Assembly (NCBI GenBank): GCA_040954595.2
Contig: CM082590.2
Span: forward strand, 186,001 to 250,000
DNA length: 64,000 nucleotides
From: Balanoglossus misakiensis
Taxonomy: Eukaryota; Animalia; Hemichordata
Direction of reading: 5' to 3'
A program made the translations under genes and the position numbers. Below the pieces are notes generated by a model. It was not told the DNA's origin. It saw only the letters and a program-made list of their open reading frames with translations, and ran no database searches. Of the stretch, positions 1 to 11,803 are shown one piece after another (within the stretch, counting starts at the first letter, position 1; every line of letters begins with the position of its first letter).

Positions 1-99
1 CTCCCAAATAAACAACTATACAAACACACGTTAATCCGAATCCCCGGTCTTTCTGTCTTTACTTTAATACAAGAGTATTTGATATTTTGATATCAACAG

Positions 100-1448
100 A
101 TACCAACCACCACAGCTGGCGATTTCCAACCTGTACTGGAAGGGCTGGTTGCTTTTACTTGTTGTTTCAGCATTTAACCCGGCAAACATTGGTAAGTTTC
201 AACTATGGACTCACATTCAATCAAATTCAATGTTCATTGCTAAGACATCATTCTGTAGATAGTGTCGCATCTTGTTTTCAAAATCACAGAAATGATTTGA
301 TTTCTCTCTTTCAGGCCACAAAGCATGGGAGGAGTATCCGATGTTGAAGTGTATGATGGAAATGTGTATGACAAAGTGAGTGCCTTATTATGTATATGGA
401 ACTTTGAGGGTGTCAGGGATTGTACTCAAAGAACTTGACTTAGAATTCAGTATAAATACATGTAGACGTGTCCCTGTCTGTATACAGACAAGACTTCACT
501 TGTCATATCATTTGCATTTATCCCTTTATTGATTTAGCTTGCCAAAATGGAGAAACAAGATATCTTGGAGTTTGAAAGTCATTTGGCAGCAGCCTCCACT
601 CATATGCATATTGATGAGAGCACTAGTTTGTTGCTGGCTCAGTTAACAGGAATGGATCCACAGTAAGTTTGACTTTTTATTCAGTCAACATGCGCCCAGA
701 TAAACGATTTCACGTCTAGAAATTGGAACCTAGCACATCATAAGACCTAATTCTGTATTCTGTGGATTTTTGGACTACAGCTGGAAATTCTTGAGCGATC
801 GCAATCTGAACATACTGAAAAGCGTACAATCCGTTGGCTATACAATTTTAACGCTGTACTGCAGTAGTGGGCCGATGATGTGATTTTAATCTACGAGTTT
901 CAAGTCTTGTGAAATAATGTGGCCTCACATATCTATAACCCAACAAAATTGCATCTGATTTTGATATTACATGACGCTCTGTTGAGATAGTCCACTGATT
1001 CAGCACATTCTCAAAAATAGTTCTGGGCACACAGTGAAAATCTGTTTCTGTATTTTCACCAGTGAAAATACAAGCTCATATCTTCACCGTTAGAACAATA
1101 GCACAGTGGCAAATGCAGGCGTTGCATGTATGATAAATTGACAGTCTTAGGACCATCAAAAGAGCATTTATGCACAGGGACTGTTTTGAAAGCAATGGTT
1201 CAAACAGACTTTAAAAATAAGTACCAACACATGAACACAGCTGGAATATACTGGGTCTCCAAACCCCCATTGTGGCAACCGGAATGTCTGATACCTGTCC
1301 TTGATTTCTTCCTCACAGTGGTGTTGCAAGAAGACTGCCCTCACAGGTCATGGAACAGTTGAAGAATCTCAACCAAACCTTGAAGATCGGTCATTTGCTG
1401 TGCAGAAGCTGAGGACCAGACTTCCTCCTGGATGTCATCCAACGTCAG
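100..1448 (+). pseudogene. INTS1: INTS1 four-exon fragment, unit 1 (exons 100-191, 315-375, 538-662, 1319-1448)
   Basis: AG/GT-bounded exons translate to YQPPQLAISNLYWKGWLLLLVVSAFNPANIG / HKAWEEYPMLKCMMEMCMT / LAKMEKQDILEFESHLAAASTHMHIDESTSLLLAQLTGMDP / GVARRLPSQVMEQLKNLNQTLKIGHLLCRS*GPDFLLDVIQRQ. These match recalled human INTS1 YQPPNLAISTLYWKAW..AWEEYPTLKMLMEM..EKQEILAFEGHLAAAST..LGHLLCRSRNPDFLLHIIQRQ. There is a TGA at 1410-1412 and one intervening exon is absent. Confidence 0.92.
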
Positions 1449-1505
1449 GTAAAAATGTCAGCTTACAGCTGTTGAAAGCCAAAGACTCAAATTGAGCATT
1501 GTGGC

Positions 1506-1826
1506 TTTTTAGGTCCCATTGGGACCTTATAGGATTGGTTGCATCTGTATCTATCTATGTATGGATGTATGTCTGTCCGTCCGTCCACATCAAAAACGTG
1601 AAAACCACTGTGCATATCACCTCAATATTTTTATTTTGAGTCAACTGACCAATATTCAAATGTTGACAGAAATATTTTCCGATTACCAACTTCCTGAGAT
1701 AGAAAATCACTCAAGTTTACAGACGTACATAATAAACGATATGCAGCCTTTAAATCCTATCATTCGGTATTTTGAGAAATTACAAAATAAAAGTTGATCC
1801 AACAATTTTAGAATGGGTGCAATATC
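1506..1826 (+). mobile_element. Truncated HINE/DINE-1-like (Helentron-associated) element remnant, present in every unit
   Basis: A T-run is followed by the palindrome AGGTCCCA-T-TGGGACCT (1511-1527) and a TATC/TATG/GTCC microsatellite (about 1545-1586). This is the usual 5' layout of these elements. No 3' end was found and the right boundary is approximate. Confidence 0.5.
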
Positions 1827-2103
1827 GTGTCTACAAACATTACGTCCAATCCAAATGTTCAGCAAATTTTGCATTTGACACATTCAAAATAGTGGACTGC
1901 CTTTGCTTCCTTCCATATTTTATGCACAGCGTATAATCAGACTTTAGTTTTGTCCTGTCTTTTCACCCATTATTTGTTCTCTTTTCCTGATCTCCGACAG
2001 AGACTATGGTTGCCACCATCTTGTCCGTTGTTAGGACAGCATACTGCCTTATGGCACTGACTATATACAATTATTGTAACCATAGTCTCTGGTTTGGCAC
2101 ATG
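1827..2103 (+). repeat. Truncated, diverged second copy of the MITE at 2750-3072 (every unit)
   Basis: Colinear similarity to 2787-3050, e.g. tacaaacatt..tccaatcca, gtggactgcctt.gcttccttccata, ccatcttgtc.gttgttaggacagca, agtctctggtt.ggcacatg. It stops inside the right TIR. Confidence 0.8.
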
Positions 2104-2271
2104 GTAAATTTTATCAAAATTATTGCTGCGGGCCCTACATTTCCTTTGCAAAAGAATTAAAACTGCATTGTATAGCAAACGAAAATTCTGTAACTTCCCA
2201 AATCCTGATCTCAGGGTTTCAACATTTCTTGGAATTTCTTGAGTTTGTAAAATTTGCTGGAAAGTACTTGA

Positions 2272-2328
2272 TTGTCCTACAAAATTGAAATTTGTCCTAC
2301 AAAATTGAAATTTATCCTACAAAATTGA
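2272..2328 (+). repeat. 20-bp minisatellite, about 3 copies (2 copies in the last unit)
   Basis: ttgtcctacaaaattgaaat repeated about three times. The terminal unit (about 61342-61378) has one fewer copy. Confidence 0.9.
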
Positions 2329-2749
2329 TTTACCACCTGTGCTGTCTTAAAATGTCACTTGTCATAGAAAGCTTTATCAATTACTTCTGGAGAACAGCAT
2401 TGCTGATTTTAAAAACTTGAAAACTGGTGAGAAAATTCTTGTAAACTTCTGGAATTTTATGTTTGTGAACTACTGGTATGTAACTACAATAACAGGTTTC
2501 TTTCCTTGGGATCAGCTCACTCCATAACAATATGTTTTTGTTTTGTTTTTTTACATCAGAAACTGATGTCTTACAGACTTTCCATGAACAGGTTTCTGTC
2601 ATTCAAAGAGTTTCTGTTTGGTGGCTGCACACCATAGTACCAACAATGTTTAAAGTCAACACCAGCGACTACGTACGCAGGTAACAATTCAAGTTTGAGT
2701 TCAAAGCACTTGGAAAACATGGTTTGGTTGTACGTTGGTGAAGTTTCAA

Positions 2750-3072
2750 AGGCCGAGGATTGTCTTATGCACATGTGCCTAATTTTGTGTATACAAACAT
2801 TGCATCCAATCCATATGTTCTTCAAATTTTGCATTCAAAATGTGGACTGCCTTCGCTTCCTTCCATAATTCATGCACACCGTACAAGTAGACTTAAGTTT
2901 TGTCCCTTCTTTTCACCCAATTTGCTGTCTTTTCCCGATCTCTGACATAGAATATGTCGCCGCCATCTTGTCTGTTGTTAGGACAGCACACTGCCTTGTG
3001 GCATTGACTGTGTACATTTTTTGTAATCAGAGTCTCTGGTTCGGCACATGTGCATTAGATGATTGTCGCCCT
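2750..3072. mobile_element. Old Kolobok-like MITE, 323 bp (every full unit)
   Basis: Imperfect TIRs of about 30 bp: AGGCCGAGGATTGTCTTATGCACATGTGCC versus the reverse complement AGGGCGACAATCATCTAATGCACATGTGCC. Flanks are TCAA and TTAA. A TTAA TSD with AGG..CCT termini fits Kolobok. Confidence 0.6.
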
Positions 3073-3550
3073 TTAAACCCCGGTGAGGGGTATAAAAGAC
3101 CCCCCAAATCAGTGGCGAACCTTAATGCCATTTGACTGACAACAGACAACACCAACGATCTTGGCTCTATGAAAATCGGCCCAAACAGGTCCAAGCATAA
3201 AGAATTACACCACACAACGACAGAAGTTGGCTTTATAAACACACACAGCATAAAGTTATCGACGAAAAATACACGAGCTTTTGAAACAACGATGATTTTG
3301 GGAGAAATCTGGTTTCAGTGCTTTTCAGAAGCGTCCCTGGGAAACAATAACCACGCCATTCAAACAGCTGTCAATCGCATAGAGGTGTAAAGTGTTCAAT
3401 TATTTTCTATGTACATGAGATCAATTACACAGTCATTATGCACGACGACCACTCCCAAATAAACAACTATACAAACACACGTTAATCCGAATCCCCGGTC
3501 TTTCTGTCTTTACTTTAATACAAGAGTATTTGATATTTTGATATCAACAG

Positions 3551-4899
3551 ATACCAACCACCACAGCTGGCGATTTCCAACCTGTACTGGAAGGGCTGGT
3601 TGCTTTTACTTGTTGTTTCAGCATTTAACCCGGCAAACATTGGTAAGTTTCAACTATGGACTCACATTCAATCAAATTCAATGTTCATTGCTAAGACATC
3701 ATTCTGTAGATAGTGTCACATCTTGTTTTCAAAATCACAGAAATGATTTGATTTCTCTCTTTCAGGCCACAAAGCATGGGAGGAGTATCCGATGTTGAAG
3801 TGTATGATGGAAATGTGTATGACAAAGTGAGTGCCTTATTATGTATATGGAACTTTGAGGGTGTCAGGGATTGTACTCAAAGAACTTGACTTAGAATTCA
3901 GTATAAATACATGTAGACGTGTCCCTGTCTGTATACAGACAAGACTTCACTTGTCATATCATTTGCATTTATCCCTTTATTGATTTAGCTTGCCAAAATG
4001 GAGAAACAAGATATCTTGGAGTTTGAAAGTCATTTGGCAGCAGCCTCCACTCATATGCATATTGATGAGAGCACTAGTTTGTTGCTGGCTCAGTTAACAG
4101 GAATGGATCCACAGTAAGTTTGACTTTTTATTCAGTCAACATGCGCCCAGATAAACGATTTCACGTCTAGAAATTGGAACCTAGCACATCATAAGACCTA
4201 ATTCTGTATTCTGTGGATTTTTGGACTACAGCTGGAAATTCTTGAGCGATCGCAATCTGAACATACTGAAAAGCGTACAATCCGTTGGCTATACAATTTT
4301 AACGCTGTACTGCAGTAGTGGGCCGATGATGTGATTTTAATCTACGAGTTTCAAGTCTTGTGAAATAATGTGGCCTCACATATCTATAACCCAACAAAAT
4401 TGCATCTGATTTTGATATTACATGACGCTCTGTTGAGATAGTCCACTGATTCAGCACATTCTCAAAAATAGTTCTGGGCACACAGTGAAAATCTGTTTCT
4501 GTATTTTCACCAGTGAAAATACAAGCTCATATCTTCACCGTTAGAACAATAGCACAGTGGCAAATGCAGGCGTTGCATGTATGATAAATTGACAGTCTTA
4601 GGACCATCAAAAGAGCATTTATGCACAGGGACTGTTTTGAAAGCAATGGTTCAAACAGACTTTAAAAATAAGTACCAACACATGAACACAGCTGGAATAT
4701 ACTGGGTCTCCAAACCCCCATTGTGGCAACCGGAATGTCTGATACCTGTCCTTGATTTCTTCCTCACAGTGGTGTTGCAAGAAGACTGCCCTCACAGGTC
4801 ATGGAACAGTTGAAGAATCTCAACCAAACCTTGAAGATCGGTCATTTGCTGTGCAGAAGCTGAGGACCAGACTTCCTCCTGGATGTCATCCAACGTCAG
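3551..4899 (+). pseudogene. INTS1: INTS1 four-exon fragment, unit 2
   Basis: Same exons, splice sites and TGA as unit 1. Confidence 0.9.
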
Positions 4900-7001
4900 G
4901 TAAAAATGTCAGCTTACAGCTGTTGAAAGCCAAAGACTCAAATTGAGCATTGTGGCTTTTTAGGTCCCATTGGGACCTTATAGGATTGGTTGCATCTGTA
5001 TCTATCTATGTATGGATGTATGTCTGTCCGTCCGTCCACATCAAAAACGTGAAAACCACTGTGCATATCACCTCAATATTTTTATTTTGAGTCAACTGAC
5101 CAATATTCAAATGTTGACAGAAATATTTTCCGATTACCAACTTCCTGAGATAGAAAATCACTCAAGTTTACAGACGTACATAATAAACGATATGCAGCCT
5201 TTAAATCCTATCATTCGGTATTTTGAGAAATTACAAAATAAAAGTTGATCCAACAATTTTAGAATGGGTGCAATATCGTGTCTACAAACATTACGTCCAA
5301 TCCAAATGTTCAGCAAATTTTGCATTTGACACATTCAAAATAGTGGACTGCCTTTGCTTCCTTCCATATTTTATGCACAGCGTATAATCAGACTTTAGTT
5401 TTGTCCTGTCTTTTCACCCATTATTTGTTCTCTTTTCCTGATCTCCGACAGAGACTATGGTTGCCACCATCTTGTCCGTTGTTAGGACAGCATACTGCCT
5501 TATGGCACTGACTATATACAATTATTGTAACCATAGTCTCTGGTTTGGCACATGGTAAATTTTATCAAAATTATTGCTGCGGGCCCTACATTTCCTTTGC
5601 AAAAGAATTAAAACTGCATTGTATAGCAAACGAAAATTCTGTAACTTCCCAAATCCTGATCTCAGGGTTTCAACATTTCTTGGAATTTCTTGAGTTTGTA
5701 AAATTTGCTGGAAAGTACTTGATTGTCCTACAAAATTGAAATTTGTCCTACAAAATTGAAATTTATCCTACAAAATTGATTTACCACCTGTGCTGTCTTA
5801 AAATGTCACTTGTCATAGAAAGCTTTATCAATTACTTCTGGAGAACAGCATTGCTGATTTTAAAAACTTGAAAACTGGTGAGAAAATTCTTGTAAACTTC
5901 TGGAATTTTATGTTTGTGAACTACTGGTATGTAACTACAATAACAGGTTTCTTTCCTTGGGATCAGCTCACTCCATAACAATATGTTTTTGTTTTGTTTT
6001 TTTACATCAGAAACTGAAGTCTTACAGACTTTCCATGAACAGGTTTCTGTCATTCAAAGAGTTTCTGTTTGGTGGCTGCACACCATAGTACCAACAATGT
6101 TTAAAGTCAACACCAGCGACTACGTACGCAGGTAACAATTCAAGTTTGAGTTCAAAGCACTTGGAAAACATGGTTTGGTTGTACGTTGGTGAAGTTTCAA
6201 AGGCCGAGGATTGTCTTATGCACATGTGCCTAATTTCGTGTATACAAACATTGCATCCAATCCATATGTTCTTCAAATTTTGCATTCAAAATGTGGACTG
6301 CCTTCGCTTCCTTCCATAATTCATGCACACCGTACAAGTAGACTTAAGTTTTGTCCCTTCTTTTCACCCAATTTGCTGTCTTTTCCCGATCTCTGACATA
6401 GAATATGTCGCCGCCATCTTGTCTGTTGTTAGGACAGCACACTGCCTTGTGGCATTGACTGTGTACATTTTTTGTAATCAGAGTCTCTGGTTCGGCACAT
6501 GTGCATTAGATGATTGTCGCCCTTTAAACCCCGGTGAGGGGTATAAAAGACCCCCCAAATCAGTGGCGAACCTTAATGCCATTTGACTGACAACAGACAA
6601 CACCAACGATCTTGGCTCTATGAAAATCGGCCCAAACAGGTCCAAGCATAAAGAATTACACCACACAACGACAGAAGTTGGCTTTATAAACACACACAGC
6701 ATAAAGTTATCGACGAAAAATACACGAGCTTTTGAAACAACGATGATTTTGGGAGAAATCTGGTTTCAGTGCTTTTCAGAAGCGTCCCTGGGAAACAATA
6801 ACCACGCCATTCAAACAGCTGTCAATCGCATAGAGGTGTAAAGTGTTCAATTATTTTCTATGTACATGAGATCAATTACACAGTCATTATGCACGACGAC
6901 CACTCCCAAATAAACAACTATACAAACACACGTTAATCCGAATCCCCGGTCTTTCTGTCTTTACTTTAATACAAGAGTATTTGATATTTTGATATCAACA
7001 G

Positions 7002-8350
7002 ATACCAACCACCACAGCTGGCGATTTCCAACCTGTACTGGAAGGGCTGGTTGCTTTTACTTGTTGTTTCAGCATTTAACCCGGCAAACATTGGTAAGTT
7101 TCAACTATGGACTCACATTCAATCAAATTCAATGTTCATTGCTAAGACATCATTCTGTAGATAGTGTCACATCTTGTTTTCAAAATCACAGAAATGATTT
7201 GATTTCTCTCTTTCAGGCCACAAAGCATGGGAGGAGTATCCGATGTTGAAGTGTATGATGGAAATGTGTATGACAAAGTGAGTGCCTTATTATGTATATG
7301 GAACTTTGAGGGTGTCAGGGATTGTACTCAAAGAACTTGACTTAGAATTCAGTATAAATACATGTAGACGTGTCCCTGTCTGTATACAGACAAGACTTCA
7401 CTTGTCATATCATTTGCATTTATCCCTTTATTGATTTAGCTTGCCAAAATGGAGAAACAAGATATCTTGGAGTTTGAAAGTCATTTGGCAGCAGCCTCCA
7501 CTCACATGCATATTGATGAGAGCACTAGTTTGTTGCTGGCTCAGTTAACAGGAATGGATCCACAGTAAGTTTGACTTTTTATTCAGTCAACATGCGCCCA
7601 GATAAACGATTTCACGTCTAGAAATTGGAACCTAGCACATCATAAGACCTAATTCTGTATTCTGTGGATTTTTGGACTACAGCTGGAAATTCTTGAGCGA
7701 TCGCAATCTGAACATACTGAAAAGCGTACAATCCGTTGGCTATACAATTTTAACGCTGTACTGCAGTAGTGGGCCGATGATGTGATTTTAATCTACGAGT
7801 TTCAAGTCTTGTGAAATAATGTGGCCTCACATATCTATAACCCAACAAAATTGCATCTGATTTTGATATTACATGACGCTCTGTTGAGATAGTCCACTGA
7901 TTCAGCACATTCTCAAAAATAGTTCTGGGCACACAGTGAAAATCTGTTTCTGTATTTTCACCAGTGAAAATACAAGCTCATATCTTCACCGTTAGAACAA
8001 TAGCACAGTGGCAAATGCAGGCGTTGCATGTATGATAAATTGACAGTCTTAGGACCATCAAAAGAGCATTTATGCACAGGGACTGTTTTGAAAGCAATGG
8101 TTCAAACAGACTTTAAAAATAAGTACCAACACATGAACACAGCTGGAATATACTGGGTTTCCAAACCCCCATTGTGGCAACCGGAATGTCTGATACCTGT
8201 CCTTGATTTCTTCCTCACAGTGGTGTTGCAAGAAGACTGCCCTCACAGGTCATGGAACAGTTGAAGAATCTCAACCAAACCTTGAAGATCGGTCATTTGC
8301 TGTGCAGAAGCTGAGGACCAGACTTCCTCCTGGATGTCATCCAACGTCAG
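7002..8350 (+). pseudogene. INTS1: INTS1 four-exon fragment, unit 3
   Basis: Same exons, splice sites and TGA as unit 1. Confidence 0.9.
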
Positions 8351-10454
8351 GTAAAAATGTCAGCTTACAGCTGTTGAAAGCCAAAGACTCAAATTGAGCA
8401 TTCTGGCTTTTTAGGTCCCATTGGGACCTTATAGGATTGGTTGCATCTGTATCTATCTATGTATGGATGTATGTCTGTCCGTCCGTCCACATCAAAAACG
8501 TGAAAACCACTGTGCATATCACCTCAATATTTTTATTTTGAGTAAACTGACCAATATTCAAATGTTGACAGAAATATTTTCCGATTACCAACTTCCTGAG
8601 ATAGAAAATCACTCAAGTTTACAGACGTACATAATAAACGATATGCAGCCTTTAAATCCTATCATTCGGTATTTTGAGAAATTACAAAATAAAAGTTGAT
8701 CCAACAATTTTAGAATGGGTGCAATATCGTGTCTACAAACATTACGTCCAATCCAAATGTTCAGCAAATTTTGCATTTGACACATTCAAAATAGTGGACT
8801 GCCTTTGCTTCCTTCCATATTTTATGCACAGCGTATAATCAGACTTTAGTTTTGTCCTGTCTTTTCACCCATTATTTGTTCTCTTTTCCTGATCTCCGAC
8901 AGAGACTATGGTTGCCACCATCTTGTCCGTTGTTAGGACAGCATACTGCCTTATGGCACTGACTATATACAATTATTGTAACCATAGTCTCTGGTTTGGC
9001 ACATGGTAAATTTTATCAAAATTATTGCTGCGGGCCCTACATTTCCTTTGCAAAAGAATTAAAACTGCATTGTATAGCAAACGAAAATTCTGTAACTTCC
9101 CAAATCCTGATCTCAGGGTTTCAACATTTCTTGGAATTTCTTGAGTTTGTAAAATTTGCTGGAAAGTACTTGATTGTCCTACAAAATTGAAATTTGTCCT
9201 ACAAAATTGAAATTTATCCTACAAAATTGATTTACCACCTGTGCTGTCTTAAAATGTCACTTGTCATAGAAAGCTTTATCAATTACTTCTGGAGAACAGC
9301 ATTGCTGATTTTAAAAACTTGAAAACTGGTGAGAAAATTCTTGTAAACTTCTGGAATTTTATGTTTGTGAACTACTGGTATGTAACTACAATAACAGGTT
9401 TCTTTCCTTGGGATCAGCTCACTCCATAACAATATGTTTTTGTTTTGTTTTTTTACATCAGAAACTGAAGTCTTACAGACTTTCCATGAACAGGTTTCTG
9501 TCATTCAAAGAGTTTCTGTTTGGTGGCTGCACACCATAGTACCAACAATGTTTAAAGTCAACACCAGCGACTACGTACGCAGGTAACAATTCAAGTTTGA
9601 GTTCAAAGCACTTGGAAAACATGGTTTGGTTGTACGTTGGTGAAGTTTCAAAGGCCGAGGATTGTCTTATGCACATGTGCCTAATTTCGTGTATACAAAC
9701 ATTGCATCCAATCCATATGTTCTTCAAATTTTGCATTCAAAATGTGGACTGCCTTCGCTTCCTTCCATAATTCATGCACACCGTACAAGTAGACTTAAGT
9801 TTTGTCCCTTCTTTTCACCCAATTTGCTGTCTTTTCCCGATCTCTGACATAGAATATGTCGCCGCCATCTTGTCTGTTGTTAGGACAGCACACTGCCTTG
9901 TGGCATTGACTGTGTACATTTTTTGTAATCAGAGTCTCTGGTTCGGCACATGTGCATTAGATGATTGTCGCCCTTTAAACCCCGGTGAGGGGTATAAAAG
10001 ACCCCCCAAATCAGTGGCGAACCTTAATGCCATTTGACTGACAACAGACAACACCAACGATCTTGGCTCTATGAAAATCGGCCCAAACAGGTCCAAGCAT
10101 AAAGAATTACACCACACAACGACAGAAGTTGGCTTTATAAACACACACACAGCATAAAGTTATCGACGAAAAATACACGAGCTTTTGAAACAACGATGAT
10201 TTTGGGAGAAATCTGGTTTCAGTGCTTTTCAGAAGCGTCCCTGGGAAACAATAACCACGCCATTCAAACAGCTGTCAATCGCATAGAGGTGTAAAGTGTT
10301 CAATTATTTTCTATGTACATGAGATCAATTACACAGTCATTATGCACGACGACCACTCCCAAATAAACAACTATACAAACACACGTTAATCCGAATCCCC
10401 GGTCTTTCTGTCTTTACTTTAATACAAGAGTATTTGATATTTTGATATCAACAG

Positions 10455-11803
10455 ATACCAACCACCACAGCTGGCGATTTCCAACCTGTACTGGAAGGGC
10501 TGGTTGCTTTTACTTGTTGTTTCAGCATTTAACCCGGCAAACATTGGTAAGTTTCAACTATGGACTCACATTCAATCAAATTCAATGTTCATTGCTAAGA
10601 CATCATTCTGTAGATAGTGTCACATCTTGTTTTCAAAATCACAGAAATGATTTGATTTCTCTCTTTCAGGCCACAAAGTATGGGAGGAGTATCCGATGTT
10701 GAAGTGTATGATGGAAATGTGTATGACAAAGTGAGTGCCTTATTATGTATATGGAACTTTGAGGGTGTCAGGGATTGTACTCAAAGAACTTGACTTAGAA
10801 TTCAGTATAAATACATGTAGACGTGTCCCTGTCTGTATACAGACAAGACTTCACTTGTCATATCATTTGCATTTATCCCTTTATTGATTTAGCTTGCCAA
10901 AATGGAGAAACAAGATATCTTGGAGTTTGAAAGTCATTTGGCAGCAGCCTCCACTCATATGCATATTGATGAGAGCACTAGTTTGTTGCTGGCTCAGTTA
11001 ACAGGAATGGATCCACAGTAAGTTTGACTTTTTATTCAGTCAACATGCGCCCAGATAAACGATTTCACGTCTAGAAATTGGAACCTAGCACATCATAAGA
11101 CCTAATTCTGTATTCTGTGGATTTTTGGACTACAGCTGGAAATTCTTGAGCGATCGCAATCTGAACATACTGAAAAGCGTACAATCCGTTGGCTATACAA
11201 TTTTAACGCTGTACTGCAGTAGTGGGCCGATGATGTGATTTTAATCTACGAGTTTCAAGTCTTGTGAAATAATGTGGCCTCACATATCTATAACCCAACA
11301 AAATTGCATCTGATTTTGATATTACATGACGCTCTGTTGAGATAGTCCACTGATTCAGCACATTCTCAAAAATAGTTCTGGGCACACAGTGAAAAACTGT
11401 TTCTATATTTTCACCAGTGAAAATACAAGCTCATATCTTCACCGTTAGAACAATAGCACAGTGGCAAATGCAGGCGTTGCATGTATGATAAATTGACAGT
11501 CTTAGGACCATCAAAAGAGCATTTATGCACAGGGACTGTTTTGAAAGCAATGGTTCAAACAGACTTTAAAAATAAGTACCAACACATGAACACAGCTGGA
11601 ATATACTGGGTTTCCAAACCCCCATTGTGGCAACCGGAATGTCTGATACCTGTCCTTGATTTCTTCCTCACAGTGGTGTTGCAAGAAGACTGCCCTCACA
11701 GGTCATGGAACAGTTGAAGAATCTCAACCAAACCTTGAAGATCGGTCATTTGCTGTGCAGAAGCTGAGGACCAGACTTCCTCCTGGATGTCATCCAACGT
11801 CAG
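10455..11803 (+). pseudogene. INTS1: INTS1 four-exon fragment, unit 4
   Basis: Same exons, splice sites and TGA as unit 1. Confidence 0.9.

Noticed and set aside
1049-1072. Hairpin TGTATTTTCAC-CA-GTGAAAATACA as a Helitron terminator or regulatory element
   Set aside because: It is AT-rich, intronic, not at the array boundary and has no CTRR end. It is more likely a transposon subterminal remnant.
87-3390. The 60-92 aa ORFs repeated in every unit
   Set aside because: They have no recognisable domains, several start at TTG/GTG, and they cross splice sites or sit in the wrong frame relative to the INTS1 exons. They recur only because the unit is repeated.
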